Below, piece after piece: positions 1-8,096 of a stretch of DNA of 17,752 nucleotides. The notes beneath the pieces are model-generated. The model had not been told where the DNA came from and did not search any database. It worked only from the letters and a program-made list of their open reading frames with translations. The stretch lies in the NCBI GenBank assembly GCA_963749655.1, contig CAVVOB010000031.1, forward strand, positions 1 to 17,752. Reading direction: 5' to 3'. A program made the position numbers and the translations under genes. This DNA is from Nitrospirota bacterium. Its GTDB lineage: Bacteria; Nitrospirota; UBA9217. Positions within the stretch are counted from its first letter, which is position 1; every line of letters begins with the position of its first letter.

Positions 1-106
1 GAACTATGATGGGACAGAAAAACAGGGGACATCGGCGCATCCACGGGAGGGTTCACGTCTAACTCCTTTCCCCGAATTCAGACCAGGATATTAATAACAT
101 TGTTTG

Positions 107-814
107 TCAGACCTTCTTGACAAAGATCTCTTTCGTAATGTCCTTGTCCACAGCGATCATGGTTTCGCCCAGTTGGAGAACATAAGACGGTCTTTTCTGA
201 TGAAGTCGGACGACACTCCCAGGAACGACACCCATCGCGGACAGCCTGTCCAGGCGTGAATGGGATCCGGGAGTGATGAACACAATTTTCGCCTGCTCTC
301 CCGGCGCCAGATCCGCGAGCGGGGCCACCAATGGCTTCATCTCCCGGCGGAATATGGCACAGCATTCGCCGCGCGGTATGGGCTTTCCGTCCGGAGAACT
401 TGGGGGATGTCCGAGGAGTGTGCAGACGCTGTCGGTAACCTCGGGGGAGAGAATATGTTCAAATTTGCATGCTTCCGCCTCAGCTCCGTCGAGAGCAAAG
501 AGATCATAGAACATCCTCAGCGAGAGCCTATGCCGGCGTACGAGCTCACGCGCCCTTTTTTCACCCTTGGCGAGCAGTTCCACATTCTGCTCCTTGATAT
601 CAATCCATCCGTTCCTGGCAAGTTCGGCAAGGATGCTCTCACACTCTTTCAACGTGCAGCTCTGGACGATCCGGTCCCGCGTCAAAGTCCCCTCTTCCCG
701 CAAGGTCCAGATGATCTCAAAAAGCTCGTCTTCTTTTTCAATTTCCGGCAGCACACACAACGCCGGATGCCCTGCCTTGCCCTCAACACTTTGAAGTTTT
801 ATTTTTTCGGACAT
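107..814 (-). CDS. DtxR/MntR-family metal-dependent regulator-like protein with C-terminal FeoA domain
   Basis: VRRHRL...AEACKFEHILS...LLGHPPSSPDGKPIP matches the DtxR dimerisation/metal-binding domain. The C-terminus LADLAPGEQAKIVFI...RLSAMGVVPGSVVRL...VLQLGETMIAVDKDITKEIFV is FeoA (SH3-like). Start moved to ATG 814, which has a GGGAGG RBS, from the ORF-track start at 874. Confidence 0.85.
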   Translation of the reverse strand: MSEKIKLQSVEGKAGHPALCVLPEIEKEDELFEIIWTLREEGTLTRDRIVQSCTLKECESILAELARNGWIDIKEQNVELLAKGEKRARELVRRHRLSLRMFYDLFALDGAEAEACKFEHILSPEVTDSVCTLLGHPPSSPDGKPIPRGECCAIFRREMKPLVAPLADLAPGEQAKIVFITPGSHSRLDRLSAMGVVPGSVVRLHQKRPSYVLQLGETMIAVDKDITKEIFVKKV

Positions 815-897
815 AAAACACCTCCCTGCGTTGATCCCGAATTGTATCGAGCATGGTGATTCATCGTGCAGCAATGATTAATTCCACGGTCCCTTCC

Positions 898-2883
898 TCA
901 CAAGGCGATCTTGAACGTTCTGAGCACCCAGTTCAATACGCCGCCTACGCCGAAAGCGAAAGGGAAAATGAACAAAACCATATACAGAGCAGCCGCCATT
1001 CCGCGCTCTTTAACCATCATAAAAAAGTTTGCTATGCAGGGTACGAACAGGGTCATGACCGTAAGGCTTACCACGATCTGGACCGGATTGAGAAGGCCTT
1101 GTTTCGCGAGCATGAAGAGCCCTGCTGCACCATAATCACGGCGCAGGAAGCCGATTACAAATGCTTCTGCTGCTTTACTCGGCAGCCCGAGGAAATTTAC
1201 CACGATCGGATCAGTCATCTGCTGAATATGCTCGAGCAATCCCACCTTGCTGCCGACAAAAAGAATCAACGTCCCCAGGATAAAGAGAGGGACCGCTTCT
1301 TTCAGGTACCATTCCACACGGGCCAGTGTTTTAACGAGAATATTCGCGAGTTGGGGCACACGTATGGGCGGAAGTTCGAGAACAAAATCCGATGGTTCTC
1401 CGGGAATGGCCTTAGCTGCAAGATAACCGACCAGCACCATCACGGCGACAACGGTACCGAGCCAAATGGCAGTTGCCAGGGCGGAAAGTCCCGCAACAAG
1501 ACCGAGAATAACCCCAAGTTGAGCCGAACAGGGAACTCCGAGAGCAAGCAGAAGCGTAACGAGAATCCGCTCTTTTTTCGTCTCCAGAATGCGGGTCGTC
1601 AGCGTTGCCATGGTATCGCAGCCCAGCCCGAGAATCATCGGGAGCACCGCCTTGCCGTTGAGGCCCATGATTTTGAAAACTTTGTTAACCATGACGGCGA
1701 GGCGCGGCAAATAACCCGAATCCTCCAGAAGGCCGAAGGCAATGAAGAAAAAACCAACGATCGGAAGGACGATCGCAATGGCATAGGTGAGCGCCATGGT
1801 AACCAGGCCGTAGTCGCCGATGATGAGCTCCTGCAGGAACGGCACCGGCAGGACTGCATGGACGATCTTGGTTATCCAGGGGTTCAGGTATTCTCCGAAG
1901 ACAGTTTTTTCCAGAAAATTCACCGCCGTGCCTGCGCCGAGCACCCCGACAAACTGATAGACAGCAAAGAGCACGGCGAGCAGTATCGGAATGCCGTAGA
2001 CCGGGTGCATGGACCACGTTCCGAGACGGAAGGCGAATGCCGAACCCTTGCCGATTTCATGACGGGTCATGACCTGTGCAAGGATGTCGTCGGCACTTTT
2101 GATTCTTCGCTGATTGATGAGATAGCCAAGCGAGTTATGAAATCTTGACTGAACTTCCTGCCGAATTCGTTCAATAGCAGCGATAACGTGGTCCTGAATG
2201 TTTGCGTGGAGCCAGCCGCTGAGGCTTTCATCGCCCGCGAGGATCATGAGCGCAAGAGCGCGCAGCGAAATATTTGCCTCCGGCAGGAGCACCGCAATAT
2301 CCCGTATGCCCCCTTCGATGGCGTCATCATATTGCACATGCACGAGCGACGGACGAGGCTGCTCGATGCTTTTAAGCAGCTTGTCGATGCCGCTTTTCCG
2401 GATGGCGACTGTTTTGACGACCTCGACGCCGAGCAGACCGGCAAGCTTCTCCTGGTTGATGACGATCCCGCGGCTCCGCGCTTCGTCATCCATGTTGAGG
2501 TCGAGAATAAAGGGAACTTCCATTTCCGCAAGCTGCAGGGTGATCAGAAGCCCTCTCCGGAGGTTCTTCGCATCCGCGACTTGAACAACAACGTCGGACC
2601 GGTCCGTCAACAGCATATCACGGGTGACTTTTTCGTCCTCGGACATCGGCACCAGACTGTTAACGCCCGGCGTGTCGATCACCAGCGTTCGGATTTTGTT
2701 TAATACTGCGTTCCCGTAAGTGACCTCAACCGTGGTACCTGGATAGTTCGACACGGTAACATAGGTACCGGTCAACAATCCGAAGAGTGCGCTCTTGCCT
2801 ACGTTAGGATTGCCGATCAACAAAACTTTGCGTAAATGAGATTCTTTATATTTCGCACCATCGGATGATCCGTGGTTATGCAT
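898..2883 (-). CDS. feoB: Ferrous iron transporter FeoB
   Basis: G1 GNPNVGKS, G2 NYPGTT, G3 DTPG, G4 NMDD; membrane domain with LEDSGYLPRLA, LGLGCD, VPCSAQL, FVLELP and LFVPCIA. ATG 2883 has a GGGAGG RBS (ORF-track start 2937). Confidence 0.97.
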   Translation of the reverse strand: MHNHGSSDGAKYKESHLRKVLLIGNPNVGKSALFGLLTGTYVTVSNYPGTTVEVTYGNAVLNKIRTLVIDTPGVNSLVPMSEDEKVTRDMLLTDRSDVVVQVADAKNLRRGLLITLQLAEMEVPFILDLNMDDEARSRGIVINQEKLAGLLGVEVVKTVAIRKSGIDKLLKSIEQPRPSLVHVQYDDAIEGGIRDIAVLLPEANISLRALALMILAGDESLSGWLHANIQDHVIAAIERIRQEVQSRFHNSLGYLINQRRIKSADDILAQVMTRHEIGKGSAFAFRLGTWSMHPVYGIPILLAVLFAVYQFVGVLGAGTAVNFLEKTVFGEYLNPWITKIVHAVLPVPFLQELIIGDYGLVTMALTYAIAIVLPIVGFFFIAFGLLEDSGYLPRLAVMVNKVFKIMGLNGKAVLPMILGLGCDTMATLTTRILETKKERILVTLLLALGVPCSAQLGVILGLVAGLSALATAIWLGTVVAVMVLVGYLAAKAIPGEPSDFVLELPPIRVPQLANILVKTLARVEWYLKEAVPLFILGTLILFVGSKVGLLEHIQQMTDPIVVNFLGLPSKAAEAFVIGFLRRDYGAAGLFMLAKQGLLNPVQIVVSLTVMTLFVPCIANFFMMVKERGMAAALYMVLFIFPFAFGVGGVLNWVLRTFKIAL

Positions 2884-2997
2884 GAAGTACAATACCTCCC
2901 CGTCCTCCTGCCTATCTGTTTTCTGTTTTACCGGCACATTTCAGCCTTCAGACCGTATTCTGGAGTTTTGCGGAAGCTGTCGGATGCGCATACGATG

Positions 2998-3441
2998 TTA
3001 CTTCTTTTTTTGACAATCTTTGCAGAGTCCGTACAATTCAAGACGGTGCCGCTGCACCTGGAAACGGTTCTTCCTGGCAACATCCTCCTGCAGCGCTTCG
3101 ATCCGTTTATTTTCAAATTCAATGATCATACCGCATCGTGTACAAATCAAATGATCGTGATGCGCAGCAGGATCCGTGTGTTCATACCGGGTAAAACCAT
3201 CATCGAAGCGCCTGGCCTGGGCAAGACCGGCATCGGCAAACAGCTTCATGGTCCGGTATACGGTGGCATACCCTATTCCCGGATACGATTTTTTAACAAG
3301 TCCGTAGAGTTCCTCGGCACTCAGGTGCTTTCCCGCCTCGACAAAGAGCTTCAGAATCTTGTCGCGCTGGGACGTGCTTTTAAGCCCCTGTCCCGCGAGA
3401 TATGTATTCAGATGTTCAGCCGGCTTTTTTTGCATACGCAT
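2998..3441 (-). CDS. fur: Ferric uptake regulator (Fur family)
   Basis: GLKSTSQR...HLSAEELY...IGYATVYRTM winged helix, HHDHLICTRCG, and C-terminal HRLELYGLCKDC. Directly upstream of feoB with a Fur box in front. Confidence 0.93.
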   Translation of the reverse strand: MRMQKKPAEHLNTYLAGQGLKSTSQRDKILKLFVEAGKHLSAEELYGLVKKSYPGIGYATVYRTMKLFADAGLAQARRFDDGFTRYEHTDPAAHHDHLICTRCGMIIEFENKRIEALQEDVARKNRFQVQRHRLELYGLCKDCQKKK

Positions 3442-3446
3442 AATTT

Positions 3447-3465
3447 GAAATTGATAACCATTTTC
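3447..3465. promoter_or_regulatory. Fur box
   Basis: GAAATTGATAACCATTTTC matches the E. coli consensus GATAATGATAATCATTATC at 15/19 positions. It is palindromic (TGAAA...TTTCA) and lies between the -10 element and the fur start codon. Confidence 0.85.
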
Positions 3466-3473
3466 ACTAAGAT

Positions 3474-3502
3474 CTTATACCATGCGAGGGCCGCCCTGTC
3501 AA
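3474..3502 (-). promoter_or_regulatory. sigma70-type promoter of the fur-feoB operon
   Basis: Minus strand: TTGACA (3502-3497), 17 nt spacer, TATAAG (3479-3474), preceded by a TGn extended -10 (TGG TATAAG). Confidence 0.8.
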
Positions 3503-3521
3503 GTCATAATGCCGAAACCAC

Positions 3522-3554
3522 AAAAAAAGCCGCCCGACAGAATCGTCGGGCGGC
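3522..3554 (-). terminator. Rho-independent terminator ending the envelope cluster
   Basis: Minus strand GCCGCCCGAC-GATTCT-GTCGGGCGGC-TTTTTTT: perfect 10-bp GC stem plus U7, about 25 nt after the stop at 3579. Confidence 0.92.
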
Positions 3555-3578
3555 CTGCATCCTGAAATACCTCAACCG

Positions 3579-4331
3579 TCAGAAAGCCACGTTCTTATCC
3601 CTTGCCTGATTCCACCTTACCCATTCATCTGCATCAGCTTTGGGATCAAAATCCTCGGGCTTGGACGGGACGCCCTGAGGTGAAATCGTGATTTGCTGCA
3701 TCGCCTTGACAATGGCGGTCCACTCTTCCATGGATACCTCATGGTACGGCGGCGGAACCGCATGCGGGCCGGACACTTCATGGGGCGCCAGGGATTTGTC
3801 AGCAGGCTTCGAGGCGTCTCTCGGCGGACTGGCCACAGATACCGAGCCGTCATAGACTTTTACCATTGCGCTCTGGTCTTCAGCCACATTGACCCGATAT
3901 ACTGTTCCCCGCACGCCCGCTACCGCGTTTGAAGTCCTTACTTCCACGGACGAATCTGATGTTACCAGCCGCTTTACCTTCATCCAGATTTTACCCGCAG
4001 TAAGGCCGACCTTGAGACTTTTGCCTTCTGTCTGCGTATTGAACGTGACGTCATTCATTTTGAGCCGGGTTTTTTCCGACAGTCTCATGACAGACCCGTC
4101 CGGGAACCTGAGTTCGATACGCGACTTTTCGGCCACCTGTATTTCTTGCTCTTTGCCGACGGTATCGCCCTTTTTGAGAAGGCGTCCTTTTTCTGATCCT
4201 TTGGCATAAACCCGGACAGTACCCTCTGTCATGGTAACCACCGCCCCCGCCGACGTCGCGGCGACGGAGAATGCCGGTACGATGAAGAGGCATGCCGCCA
4301 GCACAAGCAGCGATATAAAAGACTTCGTCAT
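3579..4331 (-). CDS. Exported FecR-domain protein (LipL45-like architecture)
   Basis: Hydrophobic signal peptide; FecR-like core SRIELRFPDGSVMRLSEKTRL...GKIWMKV...VRTSNAVAGVRGTVYRV...VKVYDGSVSV. ATG 4331 is better spaced from the AAAGGG RBS than ATG 4340. Confidence 0.8.
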   Translation of the reverse strand: MTKSFISLLVLAACLFIVPAFSVAATSAGAVVTMTEGTVRVYAKGSEKGRLLKKGDTVGKEQEIQVAEKSRIELRFPDGSVMRLSEKTRLKMNDVTFNTQTEGKSLKVGLTAGKIWMKVKRLVTSDSSVEVRTSNAVAGVRGTVYRVNVAEDQSAMVKVYDGSVSVASPPRDASKPADKSLAPHEVSGPHAVPPPYHEVSMEEWTAIVKAMQQITISPQGVPSKPEDFDPKADADEWVRWNQARDKNVAF

Positions 4332-4362
4332 GATAGTCATCCCTTTCGCCGTACGAAGGAGA

Positions 4363-5334
4363 TCAGTTGCCGCCCATCTTCACGATATCTCCGATCTTGA
4401 AACCCGCGCCGGAAGTCGGGGTTGCAACCGAGAGATCGCCCTGATCGCCGAGATCGTTCTTGATCACGAGCGCTTTCCCGATAAGGTTCTCCGTTGCCCC
4501 GAGTTTCATCCTGGTGACCGGATCGATAATATCCTTCCCGGGCCGGAAAACGTCGAGCTTATCGCCGACATTCAGACCCGACTTCTGGCCTGCATTGATG
4601 TAGAGGTTGCCGCCGTCAACCTGCGCGACCCGGCCGTTCCATTTCCTCTTGCCCAACTGCTTCATCATGTTGACCATGGCTTTGGTCAGCGCATCGCGAA
4701 GCGCACCGTCACGAAGATCCGAATCATAGGAAGCCCTTCCCCCGAGGCCGAGAGCGCCGCCGACGGACTTCTCGTAGATGCCTGCGCCCGAATCGGCCAT
4801 AAGCTGTACTCCCGTTGACGTATCAACGATCCGGTAGTCAACAGTAACCCTGGCAATTTGTTTCTTCTTCTTGTATACGAGATAGTCCTGCCCTTCCTCT
4901 GCCTCTGAATACGCGGTCACTGCGCCCGTCACGATAGCATTCAAACCGAGGACCTCGCCCATCTTGGCTGCGGTATCGGGATTGATTGCTCCTGTAGCTC
5001 CCATTCGCTGCTGGTTGAGAATGGATTCGATATCCTGCTGCGGAATCACAACGAAACGATCTGTCTTCTGAAGGATCGTCCCCAGAATATCGGCAGCGGC
5101 TTCGCCGATCCCGAGCACCCGCGAAGGGGTCTTGTTCTGGAAATTGACGACGCCGACACGCAGCTTCGGGCCCTTGTATTCGGACACGTCGCTGGAGGTT
5201 TGCAGCTGTTTGGATGTCTCGGTGAGGGTCGTATCGTCCTTGACCGCCCCCGACATTGTCGGTGCGCACCCGTTCGATATGATCACGGCAACTATCGATA
5301 GTATTCCCAACGTCACCTGTGCAACTCTTTTCAT
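4363..5334 (-). CDS. CsgG/HfaB-like lipoprotein with C-terminal FlgT_C-like beta domain
   Basis: Signal peptide with SNGC lipobox-like Cys. RVGVVNFQNK...LQKTDRFVVI...AAKMGEVLGLNAIVTGAVT...VTVDYRIVDTSTG is the CsgG/TolB-N-like fold. GRVAQVDGGNLYINAGQKSGLNVGDKLDVF...IIDPVT...GDIVK resembles the FlgT C-terminal domain. AAGGAGG RBS. Confidence 0.8.
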   Translation of the reverse strand: MKRVAQVTLGILSIVAVIISNGCAPTMSGAVKDDTTLTETSKQLQTSSDVSEYKGPKLRVGVVNFQNKTPSRVLGIGEAAADILGTILQKTDRFVVIPQQDIESILNQQRMGATGAINPDTAAKMGEVLGLNAIVTGAVTAYSEAEEGQDYLVYKKKKQIARVTVDYRIVDTSTGVQLMADSGAGIYEKSVGGALGLGGRASYDSDLRDGALRDALTKAMVNMMKQLGKRKWNGRVAQVDGGNLYINAGQKSGLNVGDKLDVFRPGKDIIDPVTRMKLGATENLIGKALVIKNDLGDQGDLSVATPTSGAGFKIGDIVKMGGN

Positions 5335-5385
5335 GAGTATCCTCCTTCGGTTTTCGTCGTTATGAGAGTATCAACACTGCGTTCG

Positions 5386-6777
5386 TTATCTTCTTCGCGG
5401 CTGGGCGCCCATCACGTCCATGAAGCCCTGCGCTTCCGTAAATCCCGCCGGTATCTCGAACAATCCCGGCGGCGGCGTCTTGAGAATGATGTTCCGCAGC
5501 TCGGTGGTGATCCTGAAGTCCTGATTTTCCACTTCGCTTCTGATGGTCATGCCTCCCAGGTCTTTGGCGTTCCAGATGAAGCCTTCCTCCGACCTGCCGT
5601 CATGGTACGTGATCTTGACGCTGAATTTGTCCGTCGGATGCCGGTCGATGACTTCACTTCCGACCCTGACCTTTTCAACCCTCGGCCGTTCCTCGAATTC
5701 CTGCTTTTGCTTTTCGGTGTGAACGATGTATTTCTGGGTGTTGGGATAGAGTGTGTAGCCTGTCTTTCTGTCGCCGCGGTTGATCATGACCATTTTGCTG
5801 ATTGGCGACTGATTGTCACGGTCACCCTTCATCATCTTCGACATATCCATGTCCATCCGCATTTTATTTCCTGCAATCGCAAGGGGGAATTCCATGGTAA
5901 AAGGCTCATGCCGACGTTTATCCAGGGAGGTCGTAAAAACAACGGCGGAAAAATCCCTCTTTCCTTCCCAGTCCATATACCCGAAAGAAGGCGGTTCGGG
6001 CATTTTGATTTCGGGCATCGCAATAACGACCGGAGGCGCAGGCATGGTTTCAGGGGCACCGGTTCCCGGCCCCCAGGGCAGATTTTGCGTGATCAGGCGA
6101 GCCAGCTCCGCAGACTCATGGTCCAGATGAGTCCCCGCGGCCTTCGCAAACAGCTTCGTTCCCAGTCCGACGGCCAGTGATTTTCCCACGTTGTCGCTTC
6201 CCGTCGAGGTAACTTCCAGCAGCACCCAGGGAACTTCCTTGTCACGTGCATCTGCAGCGCGGGAAACAAGGGTTCCCACGCTTCCAGCGGCCCCCTGCAT
6301 TCTCATTTCACTCTTTACCCCGAGTCCCCGGGACCATACGGTCTGTCCGGTCATGGCATTTACGAGCTTGAACTTTCCGCGGACCTTTTTCACGTTGATG
6401 ATGCCTGTTGTCGTTTCATCGAAATCCATGAGATTGCCGTACAGGACTCCCTCGACGCCAAGCGTTTCACCGAGCTTCTGCGCGGTCGACATATCCAGCT
6501 GCCCGCCGAGGGTGATCCCCATACGGTCGCGCAGAATCTGGTCCGTTTCCTTCAGGTCCTGCACCACATACGACCGGTTCTCCAGCGAGGCGACCATCTT
6601 TTTCCGCACCAATTCGGGGCCGTCAACATCCGTAGTGTCGTTTTTCATGGGGAGCACGGCAACTCTTTTCAAGGGATTATTTACATCACGAGGCAAATAA
6701 GGACGAGGCTGCGGAATCATACATCCGGCCAGAGTCAGTATCAGGGATAGAACCAACAACCTTTTCAAAAAGCGCAT
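5386..6777 (-). CDS. Lipoprotein: DUF799/GNA1162(PelC-like) domain fused to a DUF4412-like (LolA-fold) domain
   Basis: MRFLKRLLVLSLILTLAG-C lipobox from ATG 6777 (AAGGAG RBS). N-domain RVAVLPMKNDTTDVDGPELVR...LGVEGVLYG...KLVNAMTGQTVWS. Pro-rich linker. C-domain DFSA...GNKMRMD...YTLYPNTQKY...VGSEVIDRH...IWNAKDL...LFEIPAGF. Confidence 0.7.
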   Translation of the reverse strand: MRFLKRLLVLSLILTLAGCMIPQPRPYLPRDVNNPLKRVAVLPMKNDTTDVDGPELVRKKMVASLENRSYVVQDLKETDQILRDRMGITLGGQLDMSTAQKLGETLGVEGVLYGNLMDFDETTTGIINVKKVRGKFKLVNAMTGQTVWSRGLGVKSEMRMQGAAGSVGTLVSRAADARDKEVPWVLLEVTSTGSDNVGKSLAVGLGTKLFAKAAGTHLDHESAELARLITQNLPWGPGTGAPETMPAPPVVIAMPEIKMPEPPSFGYMDWEGKRDFSAVVFTTSLDKRRHEPFTMEFPLAIAGNKMRMDMDMSKMMKGDRDNQSPISKMVMINRGDRKTGYTLYPNTQKYIVHTEKQKQEFEERPRVEKVRVGSEVIDRHPTDKFSVKITYHDGRSEEGFIWNAKDLGGMTIRSEVENQDFRITTELRNIILKTPPPGLFEIPAGFTEAQGFMDVMGAQPRRR

Positions 6778-6847
6778 GGAAAACTCCTTTATGCCAGATT
6801 CACTGGCGGTGAAATTGGCTGTCTCTGTTGCTTGCCTGCCCATGAGT

Positions 6848-6877
6848 ACCTTACACAATTACTACATCGGCTGTCAA
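6848..6877 (-). promoter_or_regulatory. Possible internal sigma70 promoter for the last three cluster genes
   Basis: Minus strand TTGACA (6877-6872), 18 nt spacer, TAAGGT (6853-6848), inside a ~180-nt intergenic gap. The -10 is weak. Confidence 0.45.
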
Positions 6878-6959
6878 GAACTGCGACCGACTTCCGAGGC
6901 CGTGAAGGCACGGACAGCTCAATGAGTTCAGGAAGCATGAACAAAAGGTTTTGGAGCAG

Positions 6960-8018
6960 CTAATACACGATAATGACCCTGCAATACTGGAGAAAATCGC
7001 CCGTGTTTCCCAGCTGACGGAGCATCAGGGCGTCTGATTGACCGATGATGATGTCCGTTCTGGCGGCACTCGACGCTCGAATCCCCCTGATCACGGCAGG
7101 GTTGTCCGTAACACGGAAATTATTCGTCGCCGCATTTACGTCTCTCGCATACCCTGCGACGCCCTGTTCCACGGAATTCGTCCGTGATACGACTTTGCCC
7201 ACGTAAACCTCCTGCCCCTGTGAATCGATTATCCTGGGAAGAAGAGCCGGTCTCAGGCCCAGTCCCCTGCCGTCTATCACCAGACCCGTGGCCTTGCCGC
7301 CTTTGAATACGACCGTAGGCTGCCCGCCCTGTGGTGTGGGAGGTGCCGGCGCTGGTGTTTGCGTCGATGCCGGAGGCGTCGGCTTTTTCACCTCTGCCGG
7401 TGGAGGTTGAGGGACAGTCGGTTCAGGCTTTTTTTCAGGAATAACCGGTCCGGAGGGCGCCGGCACGACCGGTTCCGTTTTCCGCGGTCGATCCAAGGGT
7501 TTGGCCGGGACAACGGGTTTTTGCGGGGCCGAAAGAGGCATGATCGGCGGCGGACTCACCGTGCTCCCAAAACTCTGCGGAACGATTGCATCCATCAGAG
7601 CGCCTCTGAGCGGCATGGCAACTTCCACTTCTACGGACCCGTCCGTCAGATAATGCGTATTGACGATCCTGGCGCCTTTAACGATCCCATCGACCCGTGT
7701 CCTGATCGTATCGCTTTTGACCATAAAATTTTCAACAACCGATTCGGAGTCTACGCGCACACCTTTCACGGTTTCGAGAAGATTTCTCAGGGCAACAACA
7801 AAAGCAGCCCGCTGAGCCATCGCACGCGCCTGTGCTGCGTTTACCGGTTGAGCCGGAGGAGCGCCTATACCTGTTGCGCGGACTTCGCCGACCGTCCAGT
7901 TGATCAGGCCGGAGGGCATGGTTTCCACAGCATCCCCTGTGCTGCTTCCCTGCGCCGAGGCTGCACCTGCAGACATCGTGGATACCATAAGCAAAAGAAT
8001 AATGAACCTTTTTTTCAT
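6960..8018 (-). CDS. Exported LPP20/FlgP-like protein with ~90-aa proline-rich linker (paralogue of 10880..11731)
   Basis: Signal peptide ending ASA|Q; LPP20-like core (ARAMAQRAAFVVALRNLLETVKGVRVDS...VDGIVKGA...DGSVEVEV); PK/PE/PA-rich linker; C-domain TGLVIDGRGLGLRPALLPRI...CRVIIVY. Confidence 0.75.
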   Translation of the reverse strand: MKKRFIILLLMVSTMSAGAASAQGSSTGDAVETMPSGLINWTVGEVRATGIGAPPAQPVNAAQARAMAQRAAFVVALRNLLETVKGVRVDSESVVENFMVKSDTIRTRVDGIVKGARIVNTHYLTDGSVEVEVAMPLRGALMDAIVPQSFGSTVSPPPIMPLSAPQKPVVPAKPLDRPRKTEPVVPAPSGPVIPEKKPEPTVPQPPPAEVKKPTPPASTQTPAPAPPTPQGGQPTVVFKGGKATGLVIDGRGLGLRPALLPRIIDSQGQEVYVGKVVSRTNSVEQGVAGYARDVNAATNNFRVTDNPAVIRGIRASSAARTDIIIGQSDALMLRQLGNTGDFLQYCRVIIVY

Positions 8019-8096
8019 TCCTGCGACTCTCCTGTTAAACGTGTCGAAGACAAATAGTATTGTCCCGCAACAGCAGCAAAGGGGACATACCGCCTA

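Noticed and set aside
1-70. Possible start of a further gene (AAAGGAG RBS, GTG at 56, MNPPVDAPMSPVFLSHHS...)
   Set aside because: Only 18 codons are visible before the window edge, so it cannot be supported or identified.
853-2148. 431-aa plus-strand ORF
   Set aside because: Lies antisense to the feoB membrane domain. A stop-free reverse frame is expected from hydrophobic codons in GC-rich DNA, and it has no recognisable motif.
4363-5334. Calling this gene csgG or flgT and the locus a curli or flagellar operon
   Set aside because: No csgA/B/E/F-like or flagellar genes are in the window; only the fold family is supported.
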